From contig JBILFF010000002.1 in the NCBI GenBank assembly GCA_044351695.1, forward strand, positions 1 to 43,780: a stretch of DNA of 43,780 bases, written 5' to 3'. Position numbers and translations under genes: made by a program. This document shows positions 8,763-17,573 of this stretch, in pieces; the first letter of the stretch is position 1; every line of letters starts with the position of its first letter. Below the pieces are notes generated by a model. It was given only the letters and a program-made list of their open reading frames with translations. It searched no databases and was not told the origin of the DNA. The stretch is from Bdellovibrionota bacterium. GTDB lineage: Bacteria > Bdellovibrionota > UBA2394.

Positions 8763-9460
8763 GCGGCAGGTCTTTGCGATATTTTAAGCTGGTCAATTTT
8801 TTGAAGGACAAAGTCATGAATAACGGGCGCATTCTTCCAGAGAATCAAATGCTGAGCGTGCTTGATCTCTAGATCGACGGGTCGATGCGGAAGGGGAATG
8901 ACCCAGTCGTCTTGACCATGGATCGAGAAGACGGGGCATGCGGGCTTATCTTTCGATGTGAATGACCAGTCTGCAGAAGCCGCGATTGCCCAAAGTAAGA
9001 AGTCATAATTAATCTCTTGAGCCATGGCGCGAAGTCGGCCCCTCCAGTGAGAGTCGAGATGTTCTTGAAAGGCAAACAGGTTGGTTCCAAGGGTTGGAAT
9101 GCCTAACTTAAGAAGAGATTTGATTGGGCCCTGCGGTAAGCGTTTAAGAAGTCTTGCTTGCTTTAAAAACCGCTGAGGCAGCTCGCGATCCTGCAAGAAA
9201 CCAGAAACCATAAAAACGCCTTTTACCGGATGCGTTCGTGCGATTTCGAGCGCGACTTGTGAGCCAAATGAAAAGCCCATCAAAAAGGTGGGAATATCAA
9301 AGTCAATTTTACTCGCAAAACGCGCCGAATAATCACGAAGAGATTCTTGAGGCTTTGGCTCGATCCAGGGAAAGACGTAAAATTCGGGAAGGCCCACTTT
9401 TTGATTCTCAAAAAGACATTCATTTGCACCTAATCCTGGAAGACCAATGATTTGAAACAT
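8759..9460 (-). CDS. alpha/beta hydrolase
   Basis: Nucleophile elbow LMGFSFGSQVA with a late HG..D and H pattern (SIHGQDDWV ... KHAQHL). No signal peptide. Confidence 0.7.
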   Translation of the reverse strand: MFQIIGLPGLGANECLFENQKVGLPEFYVFPWIEPKPQESLRDYSARFASKIDFDIPTFLMGFSFGSQVALEIARTHPVKGVFMVSGFLQDRELPQRFLKQARLLKRLPQGPIKSLLKLGIPTLGTNLFAFQEHLDSHWRGRLRAMAQEINYDFLLWAIAASADWSFTSKDKPACPVFSIHGQDDWVIPLPHRPVDLEIKHAQHLILWKNAPVIHDFVLQKIDQLKISQRPAA

Positions 9461-9629
9461 GCCCTATCTTGATCAAGAGTGAATCAAGGCGCAAGCGATG
9501 GGGTTGGGCTTTCGCAGTGCGATGGAGTCCGCCGCAGTCGAGAGATCTGGATCGAAAAAAAACGAAACAATTATAATGCCTTGGACGATCTTCTGGGGGT
9601 ATGGGACTTGCATTTTCTGAGAGCTCGGT

Positions 9630-11054
9630 ATGCGAGTTTTGAGCGCCCTCTTTTTATTTGCTTCAGGCGTCTTTTTTTTCGTGGGCGGAGCTTTTGTCTC
9701 GGCTGCCTCCGAAGATCATCTCAATCAAGAGAGACTCAGGCATCCTTTTTTTAAAGAAGATCGAGTCTCGTATCATCTCTTGAGAGGTCGGCTTGGAGTT
9801 AATCTTGAAAATGATTCTACGGGCTATTTTTTGGGGCGAAAGCCGTCAGGTGGGCAGGGGCGAATAAAAATGATAGAGCCTCAAGAAAAATTAATGCGCG
9901 GGGGGATTTGGATCGAAGTTGTCGATAAGCCCGGTAGCGCATTTTATTTTCGTTATGATGAGGCGCTTCCTGCGTTTAGCGTGCTGGGACCCGTTCGATT
10001 TTATCACACTGCCCAGTTTTTGGATGACGGAAAGCGGGCAGAAACTTTTCAGCTTCGTCTTGTGAGGGAGCTTAATTTTTCGGAATTGTTGTTGGATTTA
10101 GACGAGATTCCCAACATTCAAATGCTCGTCGAGGAGTTGCACAAAAAATCTCTCTTAGATCAAGAGGACTATCTTCAAGTGAATATGGCGCCGCGGGGCG
10201 AGGGCCTCGATCGACCACACTTGTATTTAAAAACTCGCAGTCATCGAGAGCTGCCAAAGTTTAGGGGAATCTGGCCGCCTGATAAAATGGAGGATCGAAT
10301 CAAAAATGATCCCCTAAAGATTAAAGGCTATTGGCTCGAGAATTCCGATAAGCCCGGTGTTTTAATTTTTTATCCGCTGGATGAGCCATTGCCAGAACCA
10401 GAGGCGGAGCACTACGAAATTGCTATTTATGATCGAGATAGTTTTGCGCTCCCTTTGTTTCGGCTGAGAACAGAGTCCTACCCCAAAGCGGCAACGCTGC
10501 GCTCTCTAGAGAGCTTGATTCGCTCTTCGCAGAAGCGAGGCAAGACGGCTCGTTTGCCCCCTTCGGCGGAGCGAGTGGGGTTTGAGCTGCGGCCTCTCAA
10601 AAAAACTGACGAGAGAGCTTTTGCAAAATTTTCTCAGGGTGATCGCTCGCTCACTTACCATCTGCCGGCTGACCGATTGATTCAGATTCAACAGGCGGGG
10701 CGTGAGCATGAAACCGACTGGGATTCCTATTTGGGGGATGGATACTGGGTGTCTTTGCCTGAAGTCGACGATCGATTTCATTGGTTTAAGTTAGATGATG
10801 AATTCAAATTACCTTTAGAGGCTAAAGTAGAAGTGTTTCGCTTTCTTGTCCCTCGAGTCGATCGATGGAGGGGCAAACTTTCTGATCTCAAATCAAAAAT
10901 CGATGCGGCTCGGGAGGTGTCAAAGCAGACGGGCGCCTTTACTCTCCGAGAACTTCTGGCCGCCGTACCCGAAGCTCAAACATGTACGGATTTAATCTTT
11001 CAGATTCCAAAGATTTTTGGCTCCAAGAAACCACCTGACGGAATGTATCCCTAA
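9630..11054 (+). CDS. exported protein of unknown function built from three roughly 140-aa internal repeats
   Basis: Signal peptide MRVLSALFLFASGVFFFVGGAFVSAAS. Repeat cores are GIWIEVVDKPGSAFYFRYDEALP (aa 92), GYWLENSDKPGVLIFYPLDEPLP (aa 233) and GYWVSLPEVDDRFHWFKLDDEFKLP (aa 371). Confidence 0.6.
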   Translation: MRVLSALFLFASGVFFFVGGAFVSAASEDHLNQERLRHPFFKEDRVSYHLLRGRLGVNLENDSTGYFLGRKPSGGQGRIKMIEPQEKLMRGGIWIEVVDKPGSAFYFRYDEALPAFSVLGPVRFYHTAQFLDDGKRAETFQLRLVRELNFSELLLDLDEIPNIQMLVEELHKKSLLDQEDYLQVNMAPRGEGLDRPHLYLKTRSHRELPKFRGIWPPDKMEDRIKNDPLKIKGYWLENSDKPGVLIFYPLDEPLPEPEAEHYEIAIYDRDSFALPLFRLRTESYPKAATLRSLESLIRSSQKRGKTARLPPSAERVGFELRPLKKTDERAFAKFSQGDRSLTYHLPADRLIQIQQAGREHETDWDSYLGDGYWVSLPEVDDRFHWFKLDDEFKLPLEAKVEVFRFLVPRVDRWRGKLSDLKSKIDAAREVSKQTGAFTLRELLAAVPEAQTCTDLIFQIPKIFGSKKPPDGMYP

Positions 11055-12877
11055 CTTTTCGAGAGAAGCCGCGCTAACTTTCCATCGCTTTGAAGCTCTT
11101 CTTGGAGGATCTCCGTGGCTGCTTTGACAGCGTCATTAAAGAGATAGGGGGCGTGATGGACTCCGGGGTTGCGTATTCGCTCCACGATTTCTTTGTCTTT
11201 CAGTCGTCGATAAAGGTGTTGTGCCGCTGCATCGAGCAGTAAGTTAAAGCTAGCCACCTCAGGACTGATGTCGTTGCTCGAATTTTCTTGAAGAAAACTG
11301 AGCAATCCTGGGATCGGCAGCCAGCGTTGCCAATCGCTTGCTCGATAAGGGGGTAGATCTCGCATGCGCGCCCTCAGGGGAATGGCAAAGTTTCGTGCGA
11401 TGGTCGCTACAACCCAAGCGACTTGAGCTTGCCGCCGGCGATTAACTTCGTATCCGTCCTGTATAAGAAATCCAAGCAGGGCTGTGAGGGCCGCATTTGA
11501 AAGATTGGCTTCGTGAGCTTTTACTGGCTCTACACCAAAAACCAAAGGCACGGCTTCTGGACCAAGCAAACCACTCGGCGAAAAAATTTTTTGCCCATAC
11601 TTGATTTGAGTAGAGTCATGAAATTGTTTCCAAAGTTGGATTTCCTCGGTGAGTAGGGGTTGAAATCTCGGGTCTTTTATTCCATGGCGAACACAAGTTC
11701 TCACCAAGCCCGAGCAGTACTGACTTAGCGGATCATCTCTTTCGTCTCCATTGAATCTTGAATCGTAACGAATAAAAGTATTTTTGGCGGCTTCAGCCTC
11801 GATGAGATCCAGAATCGGCGTGATTCCGTCATCCAAAATCCTCATGTCCTTCAATGAAAGATCTTTCCAGTCTGTAAAATCAGCAAGAGTTTTCTCCCAA
11901 TCTACAAATTCAATGTAAGCATACTTGTCTGCCAACAAGTGCATGGTTCCATGATGTCGACGAATCTGCGTGCCGCTTTCAATATAAGACTCAGGGCGGA
12001 CGAACTCCCCACCAGAGAGATCTAGTTCCCCCGAGGGAGTGTATTGCGTTCGGGCGATATGCGGAAATCTTCGTCTAAACTCTGCGGCAGACTTTACCCG
12101 ATAAAGGAGTGTGGCATGAGCAAACACGGAATCTGCAAGAAAACCCTCGCCGCCGGGCACGGTGGCTATGAGAGATGACACTGCTCGAATGTTAGGATTC
12201 GATCTCGTCAGAGCAGCGAGCGTGTCGGGGAGTTCAGCCTCGACGATCGGATAGCCTCTCTTATCTTTCATCGAGAAACTAGGAATCAAATCTCGATTGT
12301 AAAAAACGATAGGCTCTCCTCGGTCGTGAGGAAAACCCCGATAACCAAAAATACTACCGTCTCGGATTTTTGGGACGATCACGGTCTGATAAAATAGAGA
12401 CTCCGCAATGGCCATGTGAATCACTCTGCGAAGACTCGCAATCGTTGTTTTATCGTCGAGGCTCAAGAGACCTTTTGCGTGCCATATTCGAAGATGCTTT
12501 GAAAAATGGAGTGACGCCAAATACAGATTTTCTGCAACAAGAGCCGGAAAGACGCCGGGATTGTTTTCACTGAAGCCATCGTAAACAGAGTAACCAAAAG
12601 AGGGGCGATCATTTCTTGCTTTTCTACGGAGCCGCTGGGCGAACTTTGGCCGATCTGGAGTGGCTATCGGATTGGCCACTTGAAGAACGCTGAGATCGTC
12701 ATACATTCTCACGAGTTGCTCAAAGCAATTCGACTTTTCTAAGCTCGGATCTTTTAAAAAGCTCAAGATTCGCTCGGACTGCAGAAGATAAGGATTGTCG
12801 TGCGATAAGCCGATCTCAGGTTGAGCTAGTACAAGAATCGCCGAGATAAAAAGCCACGTGCGGCCTTGTCTAAACAT
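11051..12877 (-). CDS. exported protein of unknown function; possible permuted papain-like (YiiX/C92-like) core
   Basis: Signal peptide MFRQGRTWLFISAILVLAQP. The segment RRHHGTMHLL...YIEF...IRYDSRFNGDERDDPLSQYCSGLV resembles the His...YD..F...YCSE.V pattern of YaeF/YiiX amidases. This is recalled from memory and unverified. Confidence 0.55.
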   Translation of the reverse strand: MFRQGRTWLFISAILVLAQPEIGLSHDNPYLLQSERILSFLKDPSLEKSNCFEQLVRMYDDLSVLQVANPIATPDRPKFAQRLRRKARNDRPSFGYSVYDGFSENNPGVFPALVAENLYLASLHFSKHLRIWHAKGLLSLDDKTTIASLRRVIHMAIAESLFYQTVIVPKIRDGSIFGYRGFPHDRGEPIVFYNRDLIPSFSMKDKRGYPIVEAELPDTLAALTRSNPNIRAVSSLIATVPGGEGFLADSVFAHATLLYRVKSAAEFRRRFPHIARTQYTPSGELDLSGGEFVRPESYIESGTQIRRHHGTMHLLADKYAYIEFVDWEKTLADFTDWKDLSLKDMRILDDGITPILDLIEAEAAKNTFIRYDSRFNGDERDDPLSQYCSGLVRTCVRHGIKDPRFQPLLTEEIQLWKQFHDSTQIKYGQKIFSPSGLLGPEAVPLVFGVEPVKAHEANLSNAALTALLGFLIQDGYEVNRRRQAQVAWVVATIARNFAIPLRARMRDLPPYRASDWQRWLPIPGLLSFLQENSSNDISPEVASFNLLLDAAAQHLYRRLKDKEIVERIRNPGVHHAPYLFNDAVKAATEILQEELQSDGKLARLLSKS

Positions 12878-12980
12878 AGCTCTGACTAGCTAGCAGATGT
12901 TCGTTAAACCTCAAAGATGAGTGTCAAACACTCCTCTGAGCCTTGATTGATTTTTACTTCGTAGGTCGCTAAGGGGGCAT

Positions 12981-14324
12981 ATGTTTAAAAATGAGGCTGT
13001 GATTGTTGCAGGCGCGGGTCTGGCGGGTTCTGAGGCAGCTCTGGTTTTGGCAAGAGCTGGGCGCAAAGTCATCTTGTACGAACAAAAGCCCAAGATTTTT
13101 TCTCCGGCCCATAAACTCCCGGGGGCAGCTGAATTGGTTTGCAGCAACTCCTTTAAATCACTTGAGCTTAGCTCCGGAGCGGGCTTGCTTAAAAGAGAAC
13201 TATTTGATTTAGGCAGTCCGGTGCTGCGGGCCGCCATGGAGAGCCGGGTGCCTGGTGGAAAAGCTTTATCTGTCGATCGTGAAAAACTATCGGCGGCAGT
13301 GACTCAAGCGATTGAGTCCGAGCCACTGATTGAGTGGCGTCGTGAGCCGCTTAATGCTGTGATCGAGGGCGCGCCTTGTTTGATTGCGACAGGACCTCTC
13401 ACTTCTGAGGCTCTGATTCAAGATGTTCTGAGGCATTGCAACGATCAGGGTTTGTTTTTCTACGATGCGACCTCTCCAGTCGTGACTTTGGACTCACTTG
13501 ATCTCTCAAAGTTTTTTTGGGCCTCAAGAAATCAAGAGGGAGATGATTACTTAAATCTTCCACTGACACGAGAGCAATACCTCGAACTTCGGGCAGATCT
13601 TTTAGCGGCTGAGAAGTTTGAAGGACATTTGCCCGAAGAAAAAATGAAGTTTTTCGAAGGCTGCTTGCCCATTGAGGTGCTGGCTTCGCGCGGAGAAGAA
13701 GTGATGGCTTGCTCCTGCATGAAGCCGAATGGATTTGGCATTCATTCAGCGAAGAAAGGCGTTTATGCCGTCATTCAATTTCGAAGAGAAAAAGCTGCTG
13801 GCGAGTTGCTGAGCATGGTGGCCTTTCAAACTCGAATGAAGTGGCCTGAACAAGAGAGGGTATTCAAAAAGTTGCCTGGAATGCAGAATGCTCAATTTGT
13901 TCGTTTTGGAGTAATGCATCGAAATACTTTTATTAATTCTCCGCAGCACTTAAATGATCGTTTAGAATTTAAAAATAGAGCAGATTTGTTTTTTGCGGGG
14001 CAAATTACGGGCAGCGAGGGTTATACCGAAGCGCTGGCCACCGGTCATTACGCTGCGCTTCAGATTTTAAGATATCCCGCGATGCCCGAGACTTCAGCGA
14101 TACGAAGTCTCGTTCGATTCATTACAAATTCGGATCCCAAGTACTTTCAGCCGATGAATTTTAATTTCGGACTCTTGCCGCCGATTCAAATCGATAAGAC
14201 TGAGAAAATGCCTAAAGGCATGTCGATGAAGATGTGGGTGAACCAAAAGCGATCGCAAAGAGCCCTAGACGACTTGAGAGCTTGGAAGAGCGATCTCGAT
14301 GCGTCTCAAGCGATTGCGGTTTAG
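12981..14324 (+). CDS. trmFO: methylenetetrahydrofolate--tRNA-(uracil54-C5)-methyltransferase TrmFO
   Basis: FAD motif VIVAGAGLAGSEAA, then ELVCSNSFKS and an FFAGQITGSEGYTEA signature. The length of about 447 aa fits, and there is a strong RBS (AAGGGGG) before the ATG. Confidence 0.9.
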   Translation: MFKNEAVIVAGAGLAGSEAALVLARAGRKVILYEQKPKIFSPAHKLPGAAELVCSNSFKSLELSSGAGLLKRELFDLGSPVLRAAMESRVPGGKALSVDREKLSAAVTQAIESEPLIEWRREPLNAVIEGAPCLIATGPLTSEALIQDVLRHCNDQGLFFYDATSPVVTLDSLDLSKFFWASRNQEGDDYLNLPLTREQYLELRADLLAAEKFEGHLPEEKMKFFEGCLPIEVLASRGEEVMACSCMKPNGFGIHSAKKGVYAVIQFRREKAAGELLSMVAFQTRMKWPEQERVFKKLPGMQNAQFVRFGVMHRNTFINSPQHLNDRLEFKNRADLFFAGQITGSEGYTEALATGHYAALQILRYPAMPETSAIRSLVRFITNSDPKYFQPMNFNFGLLPPIQIDKTEKMPKGMSMKMWVNQKRSQRALDDLRAWKSDLDASQAIAV

Positions 14325-14395
14325 GGTAACGGCTTGCCGTCCTCGCAGTGAAATTCCGCTAGCGCCCAGCAAGCACAAAGCCCTAGCATACGAGA

Positions 14396-15394
14396 ATGGA
14401 TCCCATTACACATGCGGTTTCGGGCTGGGCCGTTTCTCATCTGATCCCTCGATCTCCGGCGGCTTTGCTGGACCGATCTTCGCGTTGGAAAAGTAGGCTG
14501 ATCGGGCCATTTTGCGCTCTCTGTGCGATGTCTCCAGACATTGATATCGTTTTTACCTATCTGGGTCCTGAAGCGACTCTTTTATATCGTCGAGCGATCA
14601 CCCACTCGATTTTTTTTGCGCCGATACTAGCAGCGGTGTTGTGGATTTTGGGAAAAAGCTTGTTTGAGCACCTGAAGGCTCGAGATTCTTATGCGATCAT
14701 TTTGGGCTTGTGCGGTCTTCATCTGGTCTTTGATTTGGTAAACTCATATGGAACGCAGATTCTCTATCCTCTGAGTGATCACCGCTTCGCTTGGGATCTT
14801 GTTTTTATTGTGGATCCTTTTTGGATGATGAGTTTACTCACTGCCTCGGTCTTAGGAGGTCTTCCGGGTCAACCCAGACGATGGATCGGAAAAATCGGTT
14901 TATCGGTTTGTTTATTATATCCGTTACTATGCTTCGGGGCTCGCGAATGGATGCAGTCAAAAATCGAGGCTCAGGATGGCGCTGTGGAGAAGGTTTCTCT
15001 TCTGCCCGATGCCTTTAGTCCCTGGTATTGGAAGATCATTCAAGAGCGAGAGACTCAGTATCAAGTATGGGGCCAGAGTTTTGGAGGCGCTCAAACGCCG
15101 CCTAAAAGTTTTGAAAAGCTTTCGATTGAAACTCAGGCGGAATGGCAGAGGGTGATCCCTTTTTTTAAAACTTATTTTTGGTTCAATCGGTTCCCTGCGT
15201 TAGCAGAGCAAGCATCTCCCCCATCCGTCGAGCAAAACCTGCGAGTGCTTGATCTTCGATTTGTGAGCATTCACCCGTGGCTAGCAGAGTCTCGAGGAGG
15301 CGATGAACCTCCATTTTTTGTCGATATTCTCATTCATGAGAGTATCCCCATGAAAGCTGTATTTAGCGGGGTCAGTTACTTAAGGGCGCAGTAA
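14396..15394 (+). CDS. membrane-bound metal-dependent hydrolase (YdjM/YbcI, DUF457-like) with an extended C-terminal domain
   Basis: The N-terminus MDPITHAVSGWAVSH, multiple TM helices and a conserved His (ITHSIFF) fit the family. The C-terminal 150 aa or so are extra relative to typical family members. Confidence 0.65.
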   Translation: MDPITHAVSGWAVSHLIPRSPAALLDRSSRWKSRLIGPFCALCAMSPDIDIVFTYLGPEATLLYRRAITHSIFFAPILAAVLWILGKSLFEHLKARDSYAIILGLCGLHLVFDLVNSYGTQILYPLSDHRFAWDLVFIVDPFWMMSLLTASVLGGLPGQPRRWIGKIGLSVCLLYPLLCFGAREWMQSKIEAQDGAVEKVSLLPDAFSPWYWKIIQERETQYQVWGQSFGGAQTPPKSFEKLSIETQAEWQRVIPFFKTYFWFNRFPALAEQASPPSVEQNLRVLDLRFVSIHPWLAESRGGDEPPFFVDILIHESIPMKAVFSGVSYLRAQ

Positions 15395-15649
15395 GATCCA
15401 GATGCCCATGGCAATAAAGAGTCCGCCCGATAAATATTTAATCATGTCGGGTCGAAGATGATGAGACATGACTTGGCCGGCATAAAAACCGATCGTGCCT
15501 GCTAACGCGAGCGCCAAGATCACAGCTCCGAGCACCTCGATGGCACCCTTGGAGTCGGCCGAGGCCGCAAGCGCTGCGAACTGAGTTTTATCTCCCATTT
15601 CGGCAATAAAAATAGTCATGAAGGTTCCAATAAAAAGCTTCCAGTCCAT
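15380..15649 (-). CDS. GDT1/TMEM165 (UPF0016) family cation transporter subunit
   Basis: Signature E-x-GDKTQ (IAEMGDKTQFAALA) and three hydrophobic helices. The ATG at 15649 is preferred over the TTG at 15682. Confidence 0.75.
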   Translation of the reverse strand: MDWKLFIGTFMTIFIAEMGDKTQFAALAASADSKGAIEVLGAVILALALAGTIGFYAGQVMSHHLRPDMIKYLSGGLFIAMGIWILLRP

Positions 15650-15756
15650 AAGTCTTGGTAGCCGAAGGCCAGAAGTGTTCAAAGATAAGATTAAAATATC
15701 TTCGTATTTTGATTAATCGGTTTAATCTAAGGATGAAAAGTGAAAGGAGATTCGTC

Positions 15757-16116
15757 ATGAAAAATAGGGAGTCAAAAAATCTGAAGGTATATTTTCAAGA
15801 TCATCATTTAAAGAGAAGAGGCTTTATTTTTGGTTTGGTGGGAGCATCGTTGGCTTTGGTCGCTAGTGCTCGAAAAGTAATCGCACAAACTCTACTCAAT
15901 CCTAATGAGCAGTTGGCGAAGACTTTGGGTTATGCTGAAGAAGCGACCAAAGTGGATGCTAAGAAGTGGCCCACTTGGAAGGCCGGGAATATTTGCTCAA
16001 ATTGCAATCTTTACAAGGCGGTGGGGCCAGACCGCGGCTCATGCACGCTCTTTCCGGGCAAGCTCGTCAAGGCTAAAGGCTGGTGCAGCACTTGGGTAGC
16101 CATTCCCAAAAAATAG
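15757..16116 (+). CDS. high-potential iron-sulfur protein (HiPIP), Tat-exported
   Basis: Twin-arginine signal KRRGFIFGLVGASLALVASA and cluster cysteines CSNC...C...GWCSTW. An AAAGGAG RBS precedes the ATG at 15757. Confidence 0.85.
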   Translation: MKNRESKNLKVYFQDHHLKRRGFIFGLVGASLALVASARKVIAQTLLNPNEQLAKTLGYAEEATKVDAKKWPTWKAGNICSNCNLYKAVGPDRGSCTLFPGKLVKAKGWCSTWVAIPKK

Positions 16117-16176
16117 TCGCGCCATTTTATCAGATTTTAGTGTTCGAGTGCGTCGTCAGCTTGAGAGGCAATGCTT

Positions 16177-16539
16177 TTAAACGAGTGAAGGTAAAACAAA
16201 GCTGAGAAAAAAGCCTAGGAGAAAGAGGCCGAGAGAAATCATGTACAGCGGCCCCGACCAGCTTCGAGTCTCTCGGCAGGCTGATTGAAGAGCGGGATCA
16301 AGCGGGCAGGCTTGAGCCCTCGCTCTCCACAGTAACAGGCCGCTCAGCAAAAGGATGCTTGCTGAGCAGCCAAACAGCCAAAATTTATGCTCAGATAGCC
16401 AAACAATTTGAGGAAAGTAACCGAGCAAGCTCGCCAGGCTCGCCCCGGCACCGACGCTCACCAGGAGGCTGGGAATCGCACAGCAGATCAGAGTGCTGCT
16501 TGATCCTAAGAGGTTGATATACGAGACTGCTCGGTTCAT
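16177..16539 (-). CDS. MerT-like three-TM thiophilic metal transporter
   Basis: A vicinal Cys pair sits in TM1 (STLICCAIPSLL) and a Cys pair in the TM2-TM3 loop (QACPLDPALQSAC), which is the MerT arrangement. The gene lies directly downstream of a periplasmic HMA protein. Confidence 0.55.
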   Translation of the reverse strand: MNRAVSYINLLGSSSTLICCAIPSLLVSVGAGASLASLLGYFPQIVWLSEHKFWLFGCSASILLLSGLLLWRARAQACPLDPALQSACRETRSWSGPLYMISLGLFLLGFFLSFVLPSLV

Positions 16540-16541
16540 CT

Positions 16542-16838
16542 TCACTTGCCGTCTCTTTTTACTTCTTTGAGTTCATATCCAGCATCCGTGATGAGTTTTT
16601 TTAGGCGCTCGTCTGGGATCTCGACTCCAGTGGAAGTGCTCACGACCACTATTTTATTGTCGAGATCTACTTTTACGTCGGTGACCCCCGGCTCTTTCTT
16701 AAAAGTCTTTTCGATGCCTTTTGCACAAAGCTCGCAGGTCATTCCGTAGACTTTCATCTGAATTTCCTTTGCCCATGCTGGCAAGCTGGCGATGCTGATC
16801 AGGGGTGTCGCAATAAGGCAGATCCATAGTTTTTTCAT
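16542..16838 (-). CDS. periplasmic heavy-metal-associated (HMA) domain protein, MerP/CopZ-like
   Basis: Signal peptide MKKLWICLIATPLISIASLPAWA followed by the GMTCELCAKGIEK (GMTCxxC) ferredoxin-like HMA fold. Confidence 0.8.
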   Translation of the reverse strand: MKKLWICLIATPLISIASLPAWAKEIQMKVYGMTCELCAKGIEKTFKKEPGVTDVKVDLDNKIVVVSTSTGVEIPDERLKKLITDAGYELKEVKRDGK

Positions 16839-16977
16839 TTAAAGTTCCTTTCGTTCAGTGGATTTAGGTTCTCACTAACCAATAAAACGTATGAGCCCTA
16901 AATTTGTTACACGAAAAACAGGCCCCATCTTCAATTTTTTAAAGCTCCTGATTTCTCTGGGTTTTTTGCATTCTTCA

Positions 16978-17003
16978 GTAACTTTTTTCGATAAATTCCG
17001 TAA
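16978..17003 (+). promoter_or_regulatory. candidate ECF-type promoter (GTAAC-N16-CGTAA) upstream of the ECF sigma gene
   Basis: AAC at 16980-16982 and CGT at 16999-17001 are separated by 16 nt. This resembles the TGAAAC-N16-CGTA class of autoregulated ECF promoters. Confidence 0.3.
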
Positions 17004-17057
17004 TAGTTTTAAGGAGTGTCTCAGAGTGCAGAGAGTCAAAAGTCAGACGAGGTCTTA

Positions 17058-17573
17058 ATGCAAGAATATGCAATGGGATCCAAAGAGGCTTTCAGAATCT
17101 TGTTTGATCGATACGAGACTAAGCTTCGGCATTTTTTATCGCTGCGCATGAGTGGCGGGCTTTGGTCGGAGCAAGAAGATGTTTTTCAAGTGGTCTGGCT
17201 AAAGATTCATCAAGCTCGAAAACAGTTCAATCCTCAGAAACGCTTCTCCGCATGGTTTTTTGCGATCGCTTGGAACAGTCTTTATGATCGCTACCGCAAA
17301 TTGAACTTTGATGAAGACGAGGGCGATTGGGAGGTGACTGAGGCCTCGAGTCTGGGTTCAGACGCTCTACTGAGTCTTAAGCAAGATCTGCTTCAGCTCT
17401 CTAAGCTGCTAAAAGAGCTGAGCCCACGACAGCGTGAGGTTCTACTGCTGAGCGACTTTGAGGAGCTAAGTGCAGAGGAGATTTCAAAGATTTTAGAAAT
17501 TTCATCGGGAGCTGTGCGACAGGATTTGTTTAGAGCGAGACAGATTTTGCGAAGAAAGTGGAAGAATTCATGA
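17058..17573 (+). CDS. ECF (group IV) sigma-70 factor
   Basis: Region 2 (AFRILFDRYETKLRHFL...VFQVVWLKIHQ) and region 4 (LSPRQREVLLLSDFEELSAEEISKILEISSGAVRQDLFRARQ). The ATG at 17058 has GAGG upstream. The GTG at 17016 is the alternative, and would retain the SDEVL segment. Confidence 0.85.
   Translation: MQEYAMGSKEAFRILFDRYETKLRHFLSLRMSGGLWSEQEDVFQVVWLKIHQARKQFNPQKRFSAWFFAIAWNSLYDRYRKLNFDEDEGDWEVTEASSLGSDALLSLKQDLLQLSKLLKELSPRQREVLLLSDFEELSAEEISKILEISSGAVRQDLFRARQILRRKWKNS

Noticed and set aside
9467-9478. 12-bp perfect palindrome TCTTGATCAAGA just upstream of the alpha/beta hydrolase start
   Set aside because: A spacerless 12-bp palindrome fixes only six positions, so about ten are expected by chance in this window. 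It has no second copy and no supporting context.
15655-15756. N-terminal extension of the HiPIP ORF, and the TTG-extended GDT1 ORF up to 15682
   Set aside because: The extensions would make the two divergent genes overlap. Internal ATGs (15757, with an AAAGGAG RBS, and 15649) give canonical N-termini.
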